DNA from: an uncultured delta proteobacterium
GTDB lineage: Bacteria > Myxococcota_A > Polyangia > Polyangiales > JAFGIB01
DNA: 64,000 nucleotides
NCBI GenBank assembly: GCA_963778655.1
Contig: CAVZVA010000010.1
Coordinates: 1,184,001 to 1,248,000 of the forward strand
Reading direction: 5' to 3'
In this document: positions 18,513 through 32,394 of the stretch, one piece after another
How the letters are laid out: every line of letters starts with the position of its first letter
How positions within the stretch are numbered: position 1 is the first letter of the stretch
Translations under genes and position numbers: made by a program
The notes under the pieces: generated by a model
Told to the model about the DNA's origin: nothing
Databases searched by the model: none
The model's input: only the letters and a program-made list of their open reading frames with translations

Positions 18513-19631
18513 GTGAGCACCGCTCCCGAGCCGGCGGCCGGGCGCGCGCGCTTGCCGGGCGTGGATCTCGCCCGAGCGCTCGCGCTGCTGGCCATGCTCG
18601 ATGCGCACGCCTACGACGGCTGGGTGCGCAGTGGCGCGCGCACCGGTCCAGCGTTCGCGCTCACGCGTGCGGTCGCCACGCTCGCGCTGCCGGCGTTTCT
18701 GCTGCTCGCGGGCGTCTCGCTCGCGCTGCGCGCCCACGGCGCCGCGGCACGCGGGGAGCCATTGGCGCGCGTGCGGCGCGGCCTGGTCATGCGCGGCGCG
18801 CGGCTCGTGCTCGCCGGCTACGCGCTGAGCGCGGGCTGTGCCGTGCTCGATGGCGGCCTGCGTCTCGACACCGTGCTGCGGGCCGACGTGCTGCACGCGA
18901 TCGGGCTGTCGCTCGCGCTGCTGGCCGGCCTCGGCCTGCGCGAGCCGCGTGCTGGCGACAACGGGCTGCGCTCGCTCGCTCGGGCCGCGGCGGTACTCGG
19001 CTTGCTCGCGTGGCTTTCGTGTCCGTGGCTGAGCCGGCTCGGGGGCCGGCTCGGCGGCCCCGTGCGCTACGCCGCCGCGCTCTTCATCGACGTGCCGGGC
19101 GTGACGCGCATGCCGGTCGTGCCCCTGCTGGCCTGGGCCAGCGCCGGCGTGCTGCTCGGGCTTTCGCTGGCGCGCCTGCACGGCGATACGACGCGGGTGC
19201 AGGGCTGGGCGCTGCGCGCCGGGCTGCCGTCCGGCCTGCTCGCGTGCGCGCTCGGCGCGGGCGCGCAAAGCCTGCTCGGCGCGTCGCTCGCGCTCGTCCC
19301 GGCGCGCACCAATGTCGGCATCTACCCCAATGCGCTCGAGCTGGGCGGCCGCGCGCTGCTGCTGCTGGTCGTCGCGACCTGGCTCGCGCCGCGACTGGGG
19401 CCGCGGCTGCGCGCGCCGCTGTTGGCGATGGGACGCCACTCGTTGCTGCTCTACGTCGCGCACTTGCCGTTCTGCTATGGTCGGTTAGCGCGACCTTTTG
19501 CCCGCGCGCTGAGCTTGCCGCAGGCCTCGCTGGGTGTGCTGCTGCTGCTGTTCGCCTGCGCGGCGCTGGCGCTCGGCCTGGAGCGCGCGCGCCGCGTCCG
19601 GGCGGCGCGCCCGGCTCGATTGCTCGCATAG
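18513..19631 (+). CDS. DUF1624 / heparan-alpha-glucosaminide N-acetyltransferase-like membrane acyltransferase
   Basis: N-terminal R..GVDLARALA...M..AH, PAFLLLAGVS, DVLHAIG, MGRHSLLLYVAH motifs. Confidence 0.75.
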   Translation: MSTAPEPAAGRARLPGVDLARALALLAMLDAHAYDGWVRSGARTGPAFALTRAVATLALPAFLLLAGVSLALRAHGAAARGEPLARVRRGLVMRGARLVLAGYALSAGCAVLDGGLRLDTVLRADVLHAIGLSLALLAGLGLREPRAGDNGLRSLARAAAVLGLLAWLSCPWLSRLGGRLGGPVRYAAALFIDVPGVTRMPVVPLLAWASAGVLLGLSLARLHGDTTRVQGWALRAGLPSGLLACALGAGAQSLLGASLALVPARTNVGIYPNALELGGRALLLLVVATWLAPRLGPRLRAPLLAMGRHSLLLYVAHLPFCYGRLARPFARALSLPQASLGVLLLLFACAALALGLERARRVRAARPARLLA

Positions 19632-19649
19632 CAGGCCGATCTCGAGATC

Positions 19650-21920
19650 CTAAGGCGCGGGCGGTTCGTGCCTGGCCGGCGGCGCGAGCGGGGTCGCGCT
19701 CGTGGGGGCGCCGGGCGCGGGGGCCTGCGGCGCGCGTGGCACGCCGAGCAGCAAGCGGCCGCCGCGCACCACCGCCAGCAGCTTGCCCGAAGGCGAGAGC
19801 GCGATATCGCTGACCGTGCCGGTGCCCGCGGGCACCGCGATCAGCTTGGTGCTGCCCTGCTTGCGGTCATGGATCGCGATTCCGACCGAGGTGAGCAGCG
19901 CGAGGTAGCGGCCATCGGCGGTGAGCTCTGCAGACTGGTTGAGCGCAGGCAGCGTATCGTCCGGTCCCAGCACGCGCGCAGGTCCGTGCGCGTTCGCGCT
20001 CGCATCGAGCGGCAACAGGAGCAGGGTGTCCGCGTGCGCGATCAGCACGCCGGCGCTCGTCCAGTCGAGCACGCGGTAGCCGTCCTGATCGGCGCGCTGC
20101 TCGCGCGTCAGCTCGGGGCAGCCCGCCTGCGGCGGCGGCTCCGCGGGCGCGAACAGCGGCTCTGACACGTTGCGGCCCGTGCTCACCCCCGCCACCAGCT
20201 GCGACGCGAGCACGATGCCGAGGTGGTAGCCGTCGCAGGCCCGCACCACGGCGCTCACCGCGTAGCGACCGCTCGGATCGGTGATCGCGGTCTGCGCCGG
20301 GATGCCCGTGGGCTCCAGCGTGCCGTTGCGTAGGTCGTAGCTGCGGGCCCGCGTCCCGCGCAGCAACAGGTGATCTTCGTCGACGAACGCGCAAGGCGCG
20401 CGTTGCACGCGCGGCCCGGGCGGCAGCTCGAGCTGCGGGCCGGGCTTCCAGCCGTAGCTCTGGGCGTCGACGCGCGACTGCAGCGCATAGCGGGCGCGCT
20501 CGCGGTCGTTGTCGGTCAAGCGGTAGGCCGGCGCATCCAGCATCTGATAGCGCTCGACCGCCTGCAGCAGCTTGCCGCCGGCTGCCAGCACCGCGACCAG
20601 CACCGAGGCCGCGCGGCCCGCCCCCAGCGAGGGCCCGCAGTCGAGTCCGCGGCCAACTCCGAGCTGCAGGCGTGCGGCGCCGCTCTCGCGGCACAGCGCG
20701 CGGTGGACGAGCAGCGCCTGGCGGGCCAGCTCGCCCGCGCCCGCAGGGTCGCTGCGGCGCTTGGCCGCCGCGCGGTCCGCCAGCGCGCGCAGCGTTTTTT
20801 CCGGCTCGGCCGGGTCGCGCGCAAGCCCGCCGGCACGGCTGTACAGCTCGACCTCGAGCTGAGTCGGTGCAGTGCCGGCCGCCGCCACCTCCAGCGACAG
20901 CAGCAGATCGGGATTGCCGTCGCCATCGAGGTCCCGGCTCTGCAGCGCGGGCGTGACCTTGGGCTCGTCCGGGCTCTGCGGCGCCAGCGCGGTCAGGTGT
21001 TCGAGCACGCGCGGCTGCGGCTCGCGCGTCACCACCCACAGCTGGCGCTCGCCGTGGGTGGCCGCAGTCGCCGCAGGCGCAGCGCCCGCCGCGGCTGCCG
21101 GTGTGGGGTTGGCAGGCGTGGGCGGCGGGAGCCTGGCCGGCTGCTGCGGCGCAGCCGTGCTCGGAGCCGGCGGGGAGGAGGGCGCGGGCAAGGCCGCGGG
21201 GGCAGGCGCCGGCGGGGCCTGCTGCGGTGCGGGCGCGGGGGGCGGGGCATGCGGCGCGGCCCCGGGCGCGCCGGGCGCCGGCCCGGCGGTGCAGTCGAGC
21301 TCGAGATCGATCAGCGCGCGCGCGGCGTCGAGCGCCCCCAGGCTCGCGCTGCGGGCGCTGCAGGTCTCGCTGGTGCCGGCTTCTTGCAGCGGCACGACGG
21401 GCTCCGGGCTGGCCCAGCGCGTGTCGCCGTCGGCCCCCGCCCGCGCCAGCGACAGGGCCCCGCCCGGGTCCTGCAGCAGCACCAGCAGTCCGGGCGGCGC
21501 CCCGGCCTGCGCGGCGAGCGCCAGCGCCCCACGCACCGAGCCCGCGGCGAGCTTCAAGCTGCGCCCGTCCAGCTCGATCTCGGCGGTGCCGGCCGGATAG
21601 CTGCTGGCCTGGCCCGGCCCCGCGGGCGTAGCCCCAGCGGCCGGGGTGGCGTTCTTCGCGGCACCGGGCGCGCGCGCGGCGCCGAGCTTGAACGGCACCG
21701 CGCGGTCGCCCTGCGAGCAGCCCGCGCAGCTGCACACCAGCACGGCCAGCGCCGCGAGTCGGCTCCGGGCACGAGAGCCCCCGGCCGGGCGGTGGCCGGT
21801 CGGAACCCGCGATCCGGGCCCCGGGCCGAGCAGCCGCCCGCGGCCGCGGGCGGGTGGAGTCAGGCCCTCCACGCGGCGCCTATCCTCGAATCCGAGGCTC
21901 TGGCCGGCGCGATCATCCAT
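19650..21920 (-). CDS. Hypothetical Pro/Ala-rich putative lipoprotein with a DxDGDG Ca-binding loop and beta-propeller-like C-terminus
   Basis: Hydrophobic stretch ending CAGC, DLDGDGNPD, TADGRYLA and LSPSGKLLA repeats; start uncertain. Confidence 0.6.
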   Translation of the reverse strand: MDDRAGQSLGFEDRRRVEGLTPPARGRGRLLGPGPGSRVPTGHRPAGGSRARSRLAALAVLVCSCAGCSQGDRAVPFKLGAARAPGAAKNATPAAGATPAGPGQASSYPAGTAEIELDGRSLKLAAGSVRGALALAAQAGAPPGLLVLLQDPGGALSLARAGADGDTRWASPEPVVPLQEAGTSETCSARSASLGALDAARALIDLELDCTAGPAPGAPGAAPHAPPPAPAPQQAPPAPAPAALPAPSSPPAPSTAAPQQPARLPPPTPANPTPAAAAGAAPAATAATHGERQLWVVTREPQPRVLEHLTALAPQSPDEPKVTPALQSRDLDGDGNPDLLLSLEVAAAGTAPTQLEVELYSRAGGLARDPAEPEKTLRALADRAAAKRRSDPAGAGELARQALLVHRALCRESGAARLQLGVGRGLDCGPSLGAGRAASVLVAVLAAGGKLLQAVERYQMLDAPAYRLTDNDRERARYALQSRVDAQSYGWKPGPQLELPPGPRVQRAPCAFVDEDHLLLRGTRARSYDLRNGTLEPTGIPAQTAITDPSGRYAVSAVVRACDGYHLGIVLASQLVAGVSTGRNVSEPLFAPAEPPPQAGCPELTREQRADQDGYRVLDWTSAGVLIAHADTLLLLPLDASANAHGPARVLGPDDTLPALNQSAELTADGRYLALLTSVGIAIHDRKQGSTKLIAVPAGTGTVSDIALSPSGKLLAVVRGGRLLLGVPRAPQAPAPGAPTSATPLAPPARHEPPAP

Positions 21921-21941
21921 TCCCGAATCGTGACCGCTGGT

Positions 21942-22649
21942 TTAGTTGAGCCACTTGGGCCGGCCGTCGTCGCCGCCGCCGCCCTGGATGACCTTGAACC
22001 CGCTCGGGCGCTGCGAAGGCCGCCGTACCGTCTGCGGCCGGCGCGGGCGCTTCATCCAGCGCGCGAACGCGATCGCGCCGGCCATCGCGCCCAGGCTGGC
22101 GATCAGCTGGGTGTGGTTCTTGTCGAAGACGAAGAACAGCACGCTCAGTCCCAGCAGCAGCCACAGGAACTGCTTGCCGCTCATCGGCATCACGCCGAAC
22201 AGCGACATCTGTTGGTCGCGATAGAGCCAGGTGGTGGCGGCGAGGCCGCCGAACCAGAGCGGGCTGGAGCCGAACAGGGGCGGCGATCCCGGCAGCACGA
22301 AGCCCATGAGGTACGCCGGGACGCTGGCCCCCAGCAACGAGCACAGGCACAGCTGCAACGTGCGCTTGGCTCCGTAGCCGATCTCGAAGGGCGAGAGCGT
22401 CCACCAGATGATCAGCAGCCCGAACAGGAACATCAGCGGGTTGCCGCTGCCGTCGATCAACACGTAGGTGACGAGCTGCCATAGCCCGGGGCCGGCCGGC
22501 GTCATCGCCAGCAGCCCAACCACCGGGATACCCATCCAGTTCTGCAGCACCAGCTGCAGCACGTAGGCCGCGAGCAGCCCCAGGATCAGCTTCTTGACGA
22601 CGGCCGAGAGGCGGGGAAGCGCGAGCTGCGGACGGCCGTACTGGGGCAC
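21942..22649 (-). CDS. Rhomboid-superfamily membrane protein, probably catalytically inactive
   Basis: LWQLVTY loop, FE...G, GSS, about 6 TMs; the expected AHLGG appears as ASLGA. Confidence 0.65.
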   Translation of the reverse strand: MPQYGRPQLALPRLSAVVKKLILGLLAAYVLQLVLQNWMGIPVVGLLAMTPAGPGLWQLVTYVLIDGSGNPLMFLFGLLIIWWTLSPFEIGYGAKRTLQLCLCSLLGASVPAYLMGFVLPGSPPLFGSSPLWFGGLAATTWLYRDQQMSLFGVMPMSGKQFLWLLLGLSVLFFVFDKNHTQLIASLGAMAGAIAFARWMKRPRRPQTVRRPSQRPSGFKVIQGGGGDDGRPKWLN

Positions 22650-22713
22650 GAGAATCCTTGCGGGGGACGAGAAGCCGACCCTGCACTCTAGCCGGCGGCG
22701 GCCGCTCGGGCAA

Positions 22714-23166
22714 TCACGGGGCGTCGATGTCGCACTCGTAGCCGACGTCGAAGCGCAGGACGGCCAGGCCCTTGCAGGTGGCGTTCCACAGCGTGTCGCC
22801 GTTGGCGTCCTGGCCCGTGATCTTGAGCGTGTACTGCGCTGCCGGCTGGTCGATGAAATCGATGCCGTTGACGCACTTCTTGCTCATGTCCTTGTTGCTC
22901 GCGACCTCGTCGCCATTGTCGGCGCGCGTCAGCGTCCACGAGATGGTGCTCACGCCCGCGCTCTTGCAGGTGCCCCCGGAGAAGTCCCCGCTAGCGGTCT
23001 GCTCGTCCCAGTACAGATCGACCGACATCACGGTGTTCTGCTGGCTGGTGAAGTCCAGACACCCTGATGAGGCCGTCGCCAGCAGCAAACCGAGCGCAAG
23101 CGGCGCGACGCGTGCGAGCGAGCGGCGTTGCCGGCTGGTGATTGGGTGCTTCTTGAGTCTTGCCAC
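22714..23166 (-). CDS. Hypothetical Cys-rich lipoprotein
   Basis: Basic N-terminus, hydrophobic segment, SSGC lipobox-like site; strong GC3 codon bias; GGAGG RBS. Confidence 0.7.
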   Translation of the reverse strand: MARLKKHPITSRQRRSLARVAPLALGLLLATASSGCLDFTSQQNTVMSVDLYWDEQTASGDFSGGTCKSAGVSTISWTLTRADNGDEVASNKDMSKKCVNGIDFIDQPAAQYTLKITGQDANGDTLWNATCKGLAVLRFDVGYECDIDAP

Positions 23167-23190
23167 ATGAGCCTCCCCCGGCGCGCGGGC

Positions 23191-24224
<1,034 letters not shown>

Positions 24225-24225
<1 letters not shown>

Positions 24226-26054
24226 CAGTGCGCCTCCAGCTGCGATTTGATCGCTTCCACGATCTCGGCTTCCTTGAACGGTTGCCCTTGGATCTTCGGG
24301 TAGCTCTTGGCGTCGATTAGATACCGCGCGCGGATCAGCCTCACCAGCTGGCCGAGGTTCAGCTCCGGCACCAGCACGCGGTCGTAGCGGCGCAGGATCT
24401 CGCCGAAGTCGCGCGGGAAAGGGTTCAGGTGGCGCAGCTGCACGTGGCCGACGGTGTGGCCGCGCTCGCGCATACGGGCGACGCCGCCTCGGATCGCGCC
24501 GAAAGTGCCGCCCCAGCCCACCACCAGCAGGTCGCCGGAGCCGTCCCCGTGCACCTCGGTCGGCGGCAGCTCGTCGGCGATCTTCTCCACGCGCTCGGCG
24601 CGCAGCTTGCTCATCAGCTCGTGATTGGCCGGGTCGTAGCTGATGTTGCCGGTGATGTTCTGCTTCTCGATGCCGCCGATGCGATGCTCGAGGCCCGGCA
24701 CGCCCGGAATCGCCCAGGGCCGTGCCAGCCGCTCGTCGCGCAGATACGGTGCGAAGCCCTCCGGGTCGGTGCGAAAGTGCACCTCGATGCGCGGCAGATC
24801 CGCCATCACCGGCACGCTCCAGGGCTCGGCGCTGTTCGCGATGTAGCCGTCGCTCAGCAGCACCACCGGGATCATGTGGCGCAGCGCGATGCGGCAGGCC
24901 TCGATCGCGGCGTGGAACGCGTCGCCGGGGCTGCGCGCCGCGATCACCGGGATCGGCGACTCGCCGTTGCGACCGAACAGCGCTTGCAGCAGGTCCGCCT
25001 GCTCGGTCTTGGTCGGCATGCCGGTGCTCGGACCCGCGCGCTGGATGTCGCAGATCACCAGCGGTAGCTCGAGCGTCAACGCCAGGCCGACCGCCTCGGC
25101 CTTGAGCGCGAGCCCGGGCCCGCTGGTGGTGGTGAGCGCCAGCGCGCCGGTGTAAGCGGCGCCGATGGCCGAGCACACCGCCGCGATCTCGTCTTCGGCC
25201 TGAAAGGTCTTGACGCCCATGTGCTTGTGCGCGGCCAGGAAGTGCAGCACGTCGGACGCCGGCGTGATCGGGTACGAGCCCAAGAACAGCTGCAGCCCGC
25301 TCAACTCGGCCGCGGCCAAAAAGCCCAGCCCCAGCGCCTCGTTGCCCGAGATGTTGCGGTAGCGGCCGGGCGCGATGGGGGCCTGCTTGACCTCGTAGCT
25401 GTGGTCGAACATCTCGGCGGTCTCGCCGAAGTTGTAGCCGGCCTTGAGCGCGCGCAGGTTGGCGATGCCGGTGGGGCTTTCGCCAAAGCGCTTGTTGATC
25501 CACTCGATGCTGTGCGCGAGATCGCGGTTGTAGAGCCAGTAGCACAGCCCCAGCGCGAAGAAGTTCTTGCAGCGCACCGCGGCGCGGTTGTTGAGCTTGA
25601 GATCCTCGATCGAGCGCAGCGTCATGCCGGTGATGTCGGCCTGGAACACGCGGTAGTGCTGCAGCGAGCCGTCCTTGAGCGGATCGCTCTTGTAGCCGGC
25701 GCGCTCGAGGTTCTTGTTGGTGAAGGCCTCGCTGTTGAGGATCAGCATGCCGCCGGGCTTGAGATCCTTGAGGTTGGTCTTGAGCGCGGCTGGGTTCATC
25801 GCCACCAGCACGTCGGGCGCGTCGCCCGGCGTGAAGACCTCTTCGCTCGAGAAGTTGATCTGAAACCCCGAGACGCCCGCCAGCGTGCCCGCTGGCGCGC
25901 GGATCTCGGCTGGAAAATCTGGAAAGGTCGCAAGATCGTTGCCGGCCAGCGCTGTCGTATCCGTGAATTGGCTGCCGGTGATCTGCATCCCGTCGCCTGA
26001 ATCGCCGGCAAAGCGGATGGCGACGGTGCTCACCGTCTCGACTGCCTTGGACAT
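24225..26054 (-). CDS. korA: 2-oxoacid:ferredoxin oxidoreductase alpha subunit (fused gamma-alpha)
   Basis: AGDSGDGMQ, YPITPAS, QAEDEIAA, TTSGPG, QRAGPSTG, PELNLGQL motifs. Confidence 0.94.
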
Positions 26055-26227
26055 CGATTAACTCTCCTTGCAGCTCCGGCCGGTCCACAAGCTCGCGAAA
26101 TACCTAAGCTTTCGAGCCATACCCGCCGACCGCACAGGGCCCTTCACCACGCGCGGGTGATATTGCGCAAAGTTCACGCAATGTAAACCGTCCACGAGCA
26201 TCGTACGAGCCGGCTGCGTGCGTCGCG

Positions 26228-29131
<2,904 letters not shown>

Positions 29132-29219
29132 TGCTTCCTGCTAAGGCATGTTGACGGCTCGACGCGACGTCGAGTGGGGGTGTGTGCCGCGGATCGGGCG
29201 ACCCGGGCACCCGCGGCTC

Positions 29220-30002
29220 TCACGCGACCGCGTCCGCATCGGGGGCCGGGTAGCGGGCCCACTGCGGCGAAGGCCCGAGGTCGACGATCCCGAGCCAGTC
29301 GAGGAGCTTGATGATGGGGTAGGTCGGGTCGATTTCGAACCAGCGCGCCGCGAAGTTCGGCGACATGCCGAACTTGTGGTGATTGTTCTGGAACAGCTCG
29401 CCCATCGTCACGAAGTCGAACACCAGGGTGTTGCGCGAGCGGTCGGCCTTGGTGGTCTCGAAGTTGCGGTAGCCGTACTTGTGTCCGCACCAGTTGACGA
29501 TGGCGCCGTGGATCGGGCCCATCAGGAAGTGTAGCGGCAGCAGCAAAAAATAGCCCCAGTGTGGCGCGTAGACCGCGTAAAATGCAGTGTAGCCACCCAT
29601 GAAAGCCAAATGGCAGGGCCAGCTGCGGCCGATCTTGTCGAGCAGCGGCCATTCCGGCACCGCCTGGGCGAAGCGGGCTTCGGGCTCGATGCGGCCGTGG
29701 TTGAAACCCTGATAGCGCCGCAGGGTGTGGAACATCATCCTGAACAGATTCGGATAGACGTGGGGCGAGTGCGGGTCCTTGGGTGTGTCGCTGTAGGCAT
29801 GGTGCTCGCGGTGCAGGATCGCGTATGCACGCGGGTTCAGGTACGAGCTGCCCTGGACCGTGAAGGTGAGCAGGTGGAAGAAGCGCTCCCAGCCCTTGCT
29901 CATGCGGAACATGCTGTGGGCGCCGTAGCGGTGCAGGAAGAACGTCTGGCAGAAGACGCTCAGCACCCAGTGGGAGACGAGAAAGATGGCTATCGGCAGC
30001 AT
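29220..30002 (-). CDS. Membrane fatty acid (acyl-CoA delta-9 type) desaturase
   Basis: His boxes HRYGAH, HREHH and QNNHH; DPHSP. Confidence 0.9.
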   Translation of the reverse strand: MLPIAIFLVSHWVLSVFCQTFFLHRYGAHSMFRMSKGWERFFHLLTFTVQGSSYLNPRAYAILHREHHAYSDTPKDPHSPHVYPNLFRMMFHTLRRYQGFNHGRIEPEARFAQAVPEWPLLDKIGRSWPCHLAFMGGYTAFYAVYAPHWGYFLLLPLHFLMGPIHGAIVNWCGHKYGYRNFETTKADRSRNTLVFDFVTMGELFQNNHHKFGMSPNFAARWFEIDPTYPIIKLLDWLGIVDLGPSPQWARYPAPDADAVA

Positions 30003-30170
30003 GGCGGTCTCCGGGCGTGGGTGGCGACTGGCCGGCGCCGGGCTTCAGCGTGCCCTACTATAGCACGCGATCCAACTCCGGAAAGGCGACGGAAGCGTGA
30101 GTGATACCAAGGAGATAGCCGATCGCGCCGGAGCTTGTCGTGTACCCTCACCCGAGGCTATGGTCGCGCG

Positions 30171-31064
30171 GTGAACGCTGCCGCCCTGAGCCAGGGCCCG
30201 ATTCTGGCGCCGCGGGGCCGCCTGGGGTGCTTCCACGTTTTCGGCCTGGCGGCCCCGGGTGTCGACCCCCGGCCGGCCCTGCGCGCGCTGGCCTCGGGTC
30301 TCGACTTGAGCCGCGGCGTGGTCGGCGTGGGCGCGCCCCTGGCGCTCGAGCTGGGCGCGCAGGTCCCGGGCCTGCGGGGCTTTGCCGGGCTGTGCGGGCC
30401 CGGCTGCGCCGCGCCCTCGACCCAGGAGGCGCTGCTGTGCTTCCTTGCCGGGGACGACCGCGGGGAGCTGCTGCATCAGAGCCGCGCGCTGTGCGCGCTG
30501 CTCGGCCCGGCGTTTCGCCCGCGCGAGCGGGTCGACACCTTCACCCACCGCGAGGGTCGCGACCTCAGCGGCTACGTCGACGGGACCGAGAATCCCAAGG
30601 GCGAGGCCGCGGCCAGGGCGGCGCTGATCGGCGGCCGCGGCCCGGGCCTCGACGGCGGCAGCATGGTCGCCGTCCAGCGCTGGGTCCACGACCTCGACGC
30701 GCTCGCCGCCAAGTCGCCCGCGCAGCGCGATGCGATCGTCGGCCGCAGCCTCGAAGACGACCGCGAGCTGACCGATGCCCCGCCCTCGGCGCACGTCAAG
30801 CGTTCGGCGCAGGAGAGCTTCGAGCCAGCGGCCTTCATGCTGCGGCGATCGATGCCCTATGTCATGCCCGACGCGCACGGCCTGCTGTTCGTCGCGTATG
30901 GCGAGTCGCTCGATCGCTTCGAGCGCGTGCTGCGGCGGATGCTCGGCCTGGACGACGGCATGGTCGACGCGCTGTTCGGCTTCACCCGACCGGTCAGCGG
31001 CGGCTACTACTTCTGTCCGCCGCTGCGCGAGTCGAAACTGGATCTGCGCGCGCTCGGCCTGTGA
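30171..31064 (+). CDS. Dye-decolorizing (DyP-type) heme peroxidase
   Basis: GYVDGTENP (GxxDG), SAHVKR proximal His, LRRSMPY, GGYYFCP; GTG start approximate. Confidence 0.92.
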   Translation: MNAAALSQGPILAPRGRLGCFHVFGLAAPGVDPRPALRALASGLDLSRGVVGVGAPLALELGAQVPGLRGFAGLCGPGCAAPSTQEALLCFLAGDDRGELLHQSRALCALLGPAFRPRERVDTFTHREGRDLSGYVDGTENPKGEAAARAALIGGRGPGLDGGSMVAVQRWVHDLDALAAKSPAQRDAIVGRSLEDDRELTDAPPSAHVKRSAQESFEPAAFMLRRSMPYVMPDAHGLLFVAYGESLDRFERVLRRMLGLDDGMVDALFGFTRPVSGGYYFCPPLRESKLDLRALGL

Positions 31065-31213
31065 GCAACGCGCCCGGCGTGCTCGCTCCGCACCCCAAGC
31101 CGACGTCGGCGCCTGTGGGTGCGGCTCACACCTGCTGAACGTGCCCGCTGGGCGCCGCGCGGGCGCGTTCGGCGAGCAGGCCGCATCCGCGCACAAGGTG
31201 TAGACTAGCGATC

Positions 31214-32287
31214 GTGGATACGCGGCCTCCCGAGGCGAGCACGGAGCTGCAGGGCTCGCTCACCTCCGCGCAGTCGGCCGAGGCTTCCGTCAACCTGAAC
31301 GTCGATGTCGAGCGGCTGTTCGTCGCCACGCCGCAACCGCTGTCGGCGGGCAGCCTGGTCACGGTCGATCTGCACCTGGGGCAGGCGCCGAGCTTGCGGG
31401 TGCTGGCGCGCGTGATCGAGAGCGTGAGCCCGGCCGAGGCAGGCGCGGGGCAACCGGCCGGCATGCGCCTGCGGCTGCTCGACATTCGCGGCGAGCGCGC
31501 CACCACGCAGCTCACCGAGTACATGGCCGAGGCCAGCCGCGCCTCGTCCCCCGACAGCGGCTGGATGGCGGCGCTGCGCGTGCTGGTGGTCGACGACGAC
31601 GCCCGCTACCGCGAAGCCGCGGCGTCGGTGATGCGCGAGGCCGGCTTCGAGGTGTTGACGGCGGTCAACGGGTTGGAGGCGCTGAGCCTGGCGCTGAAGC
31701 ACCAGCCGAGCGCGATCGTCACCGACGTGACGATGCCGGACATGGACGGCTGGCACCTGCTGCGCATGGTGCGCGCGCGGCCCACGCTACGCCGCACCCC
31801 GGTCGTATTCCTGACCGAGCTCACGAGCGAGGAGGAGCGGCTACGCGGATATCAGCTCGGCGTCGACGACTATGTCGCCAAGCCCTTCTCGAGCGTGGAG
31901 CTGCTGGCGCGGGTCGAGCGCGTGCTGGAGCGCGCGCACGCGGCGCAGGAGGCGCAGGCCAACGGGATGCACGGCGATCTCTCCCGGGTCTCGCTGGCGA
32001 GCCTGCTGTCGCTGGCCGACATGGAGCGGCGCAGCGGCGTGCTGCAGCTGGTACACCAGGGCGAGCGCGCCACGCTGCACCTGCGCGAAGGCGCGGTCGT
32101 GCGCATCGACCTGGCCGAGCAGTTCGACGGGCTCGCCGGGATCGAGCGCTTCTTCCACGTGCTCGACTGGCCTGCCGGCAGCTTCGAGCTGATCCACACC
32201 GAGGTGCTGGCCGACGACGTGCTGCAGCTGCGCACTCCGTTCGTGCTGCTCGAGCACGCCCGCTGCCGCGACGAAGAGCAGCGGTAG
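31214..32287 (+). CDS. Response regulator: degenerate PilZ-like domain, REC, DUF4388-like C-terminus
   Basis: LFVAT.QPL..G...GM (PilZ-like), VLVVDDD / TDVTMPDMDG / KPF receiver, GDLS.VSL..LL...RRSG.L...W..GSF. Confidence 0.85.
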   Translation: MDTRPPEASTELQGSLTSAQSAEASVNLNVDVERLFVATPQPLSAGSLVTVDLHLGQAPSLRVLARVIESVSPAEAGAGQPAGMRLRLLDIRGERATTQLTEYMAEASRASSPDSGWMAALRVLVVDDDARYREAAASVMREAGFEVLTAVNGLEALSLALKHQPSAIVTDVTMPDMDGWHLLRMVRARPTLRRTPVVFLTELTSEEERLRGYQLGVDDYVAKPFSSVELLARVERVLERAHAAQEAQANGMHGDLSRVSLASLLSLADMERRSGVLQLVHQGERATLHLREGAVVRIDLAEQFDGLAGIERFFHVLDWPAGSFELIHTEVLADDVLQLRTPFVLLEHARCRDEEQR

Positions 32288-32298
32288 CAGGAGCTCCA

Positions 32299-32356
32299 AC
32301 GGAAAGCACGGAAGACGGTCAGGGAACGGACCGGGTGTGACTTCCCGCTTTCCCGT
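32299..32356. repeat. GGGAAG/CTTCCC inverted-repeat element, copy A (degenerate)
   Basis: ACGGAAAGCACGGAAG ... CTTCCCGCTTTCCCGT between convergent genes. Confidence 0.55.
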
Positions 32357-32394
32357 CATCTCATTCCGATCCGCCCGCCCGCGCGCGAAGGCGG

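Noticed and set aside
29370..29400. Third desaturase His box reads QNNHH
   Set aside because: Q-for-H in the third box is a known variant in membrane desaturases and is not evidence of inactivation
30171..31064. DyP as encapsulin cargo
   Set aside because: No encapsulin gene adjacent and no linker plus GSLxIGSL-type targeting peptide; LDLRALGL follows the domain directly
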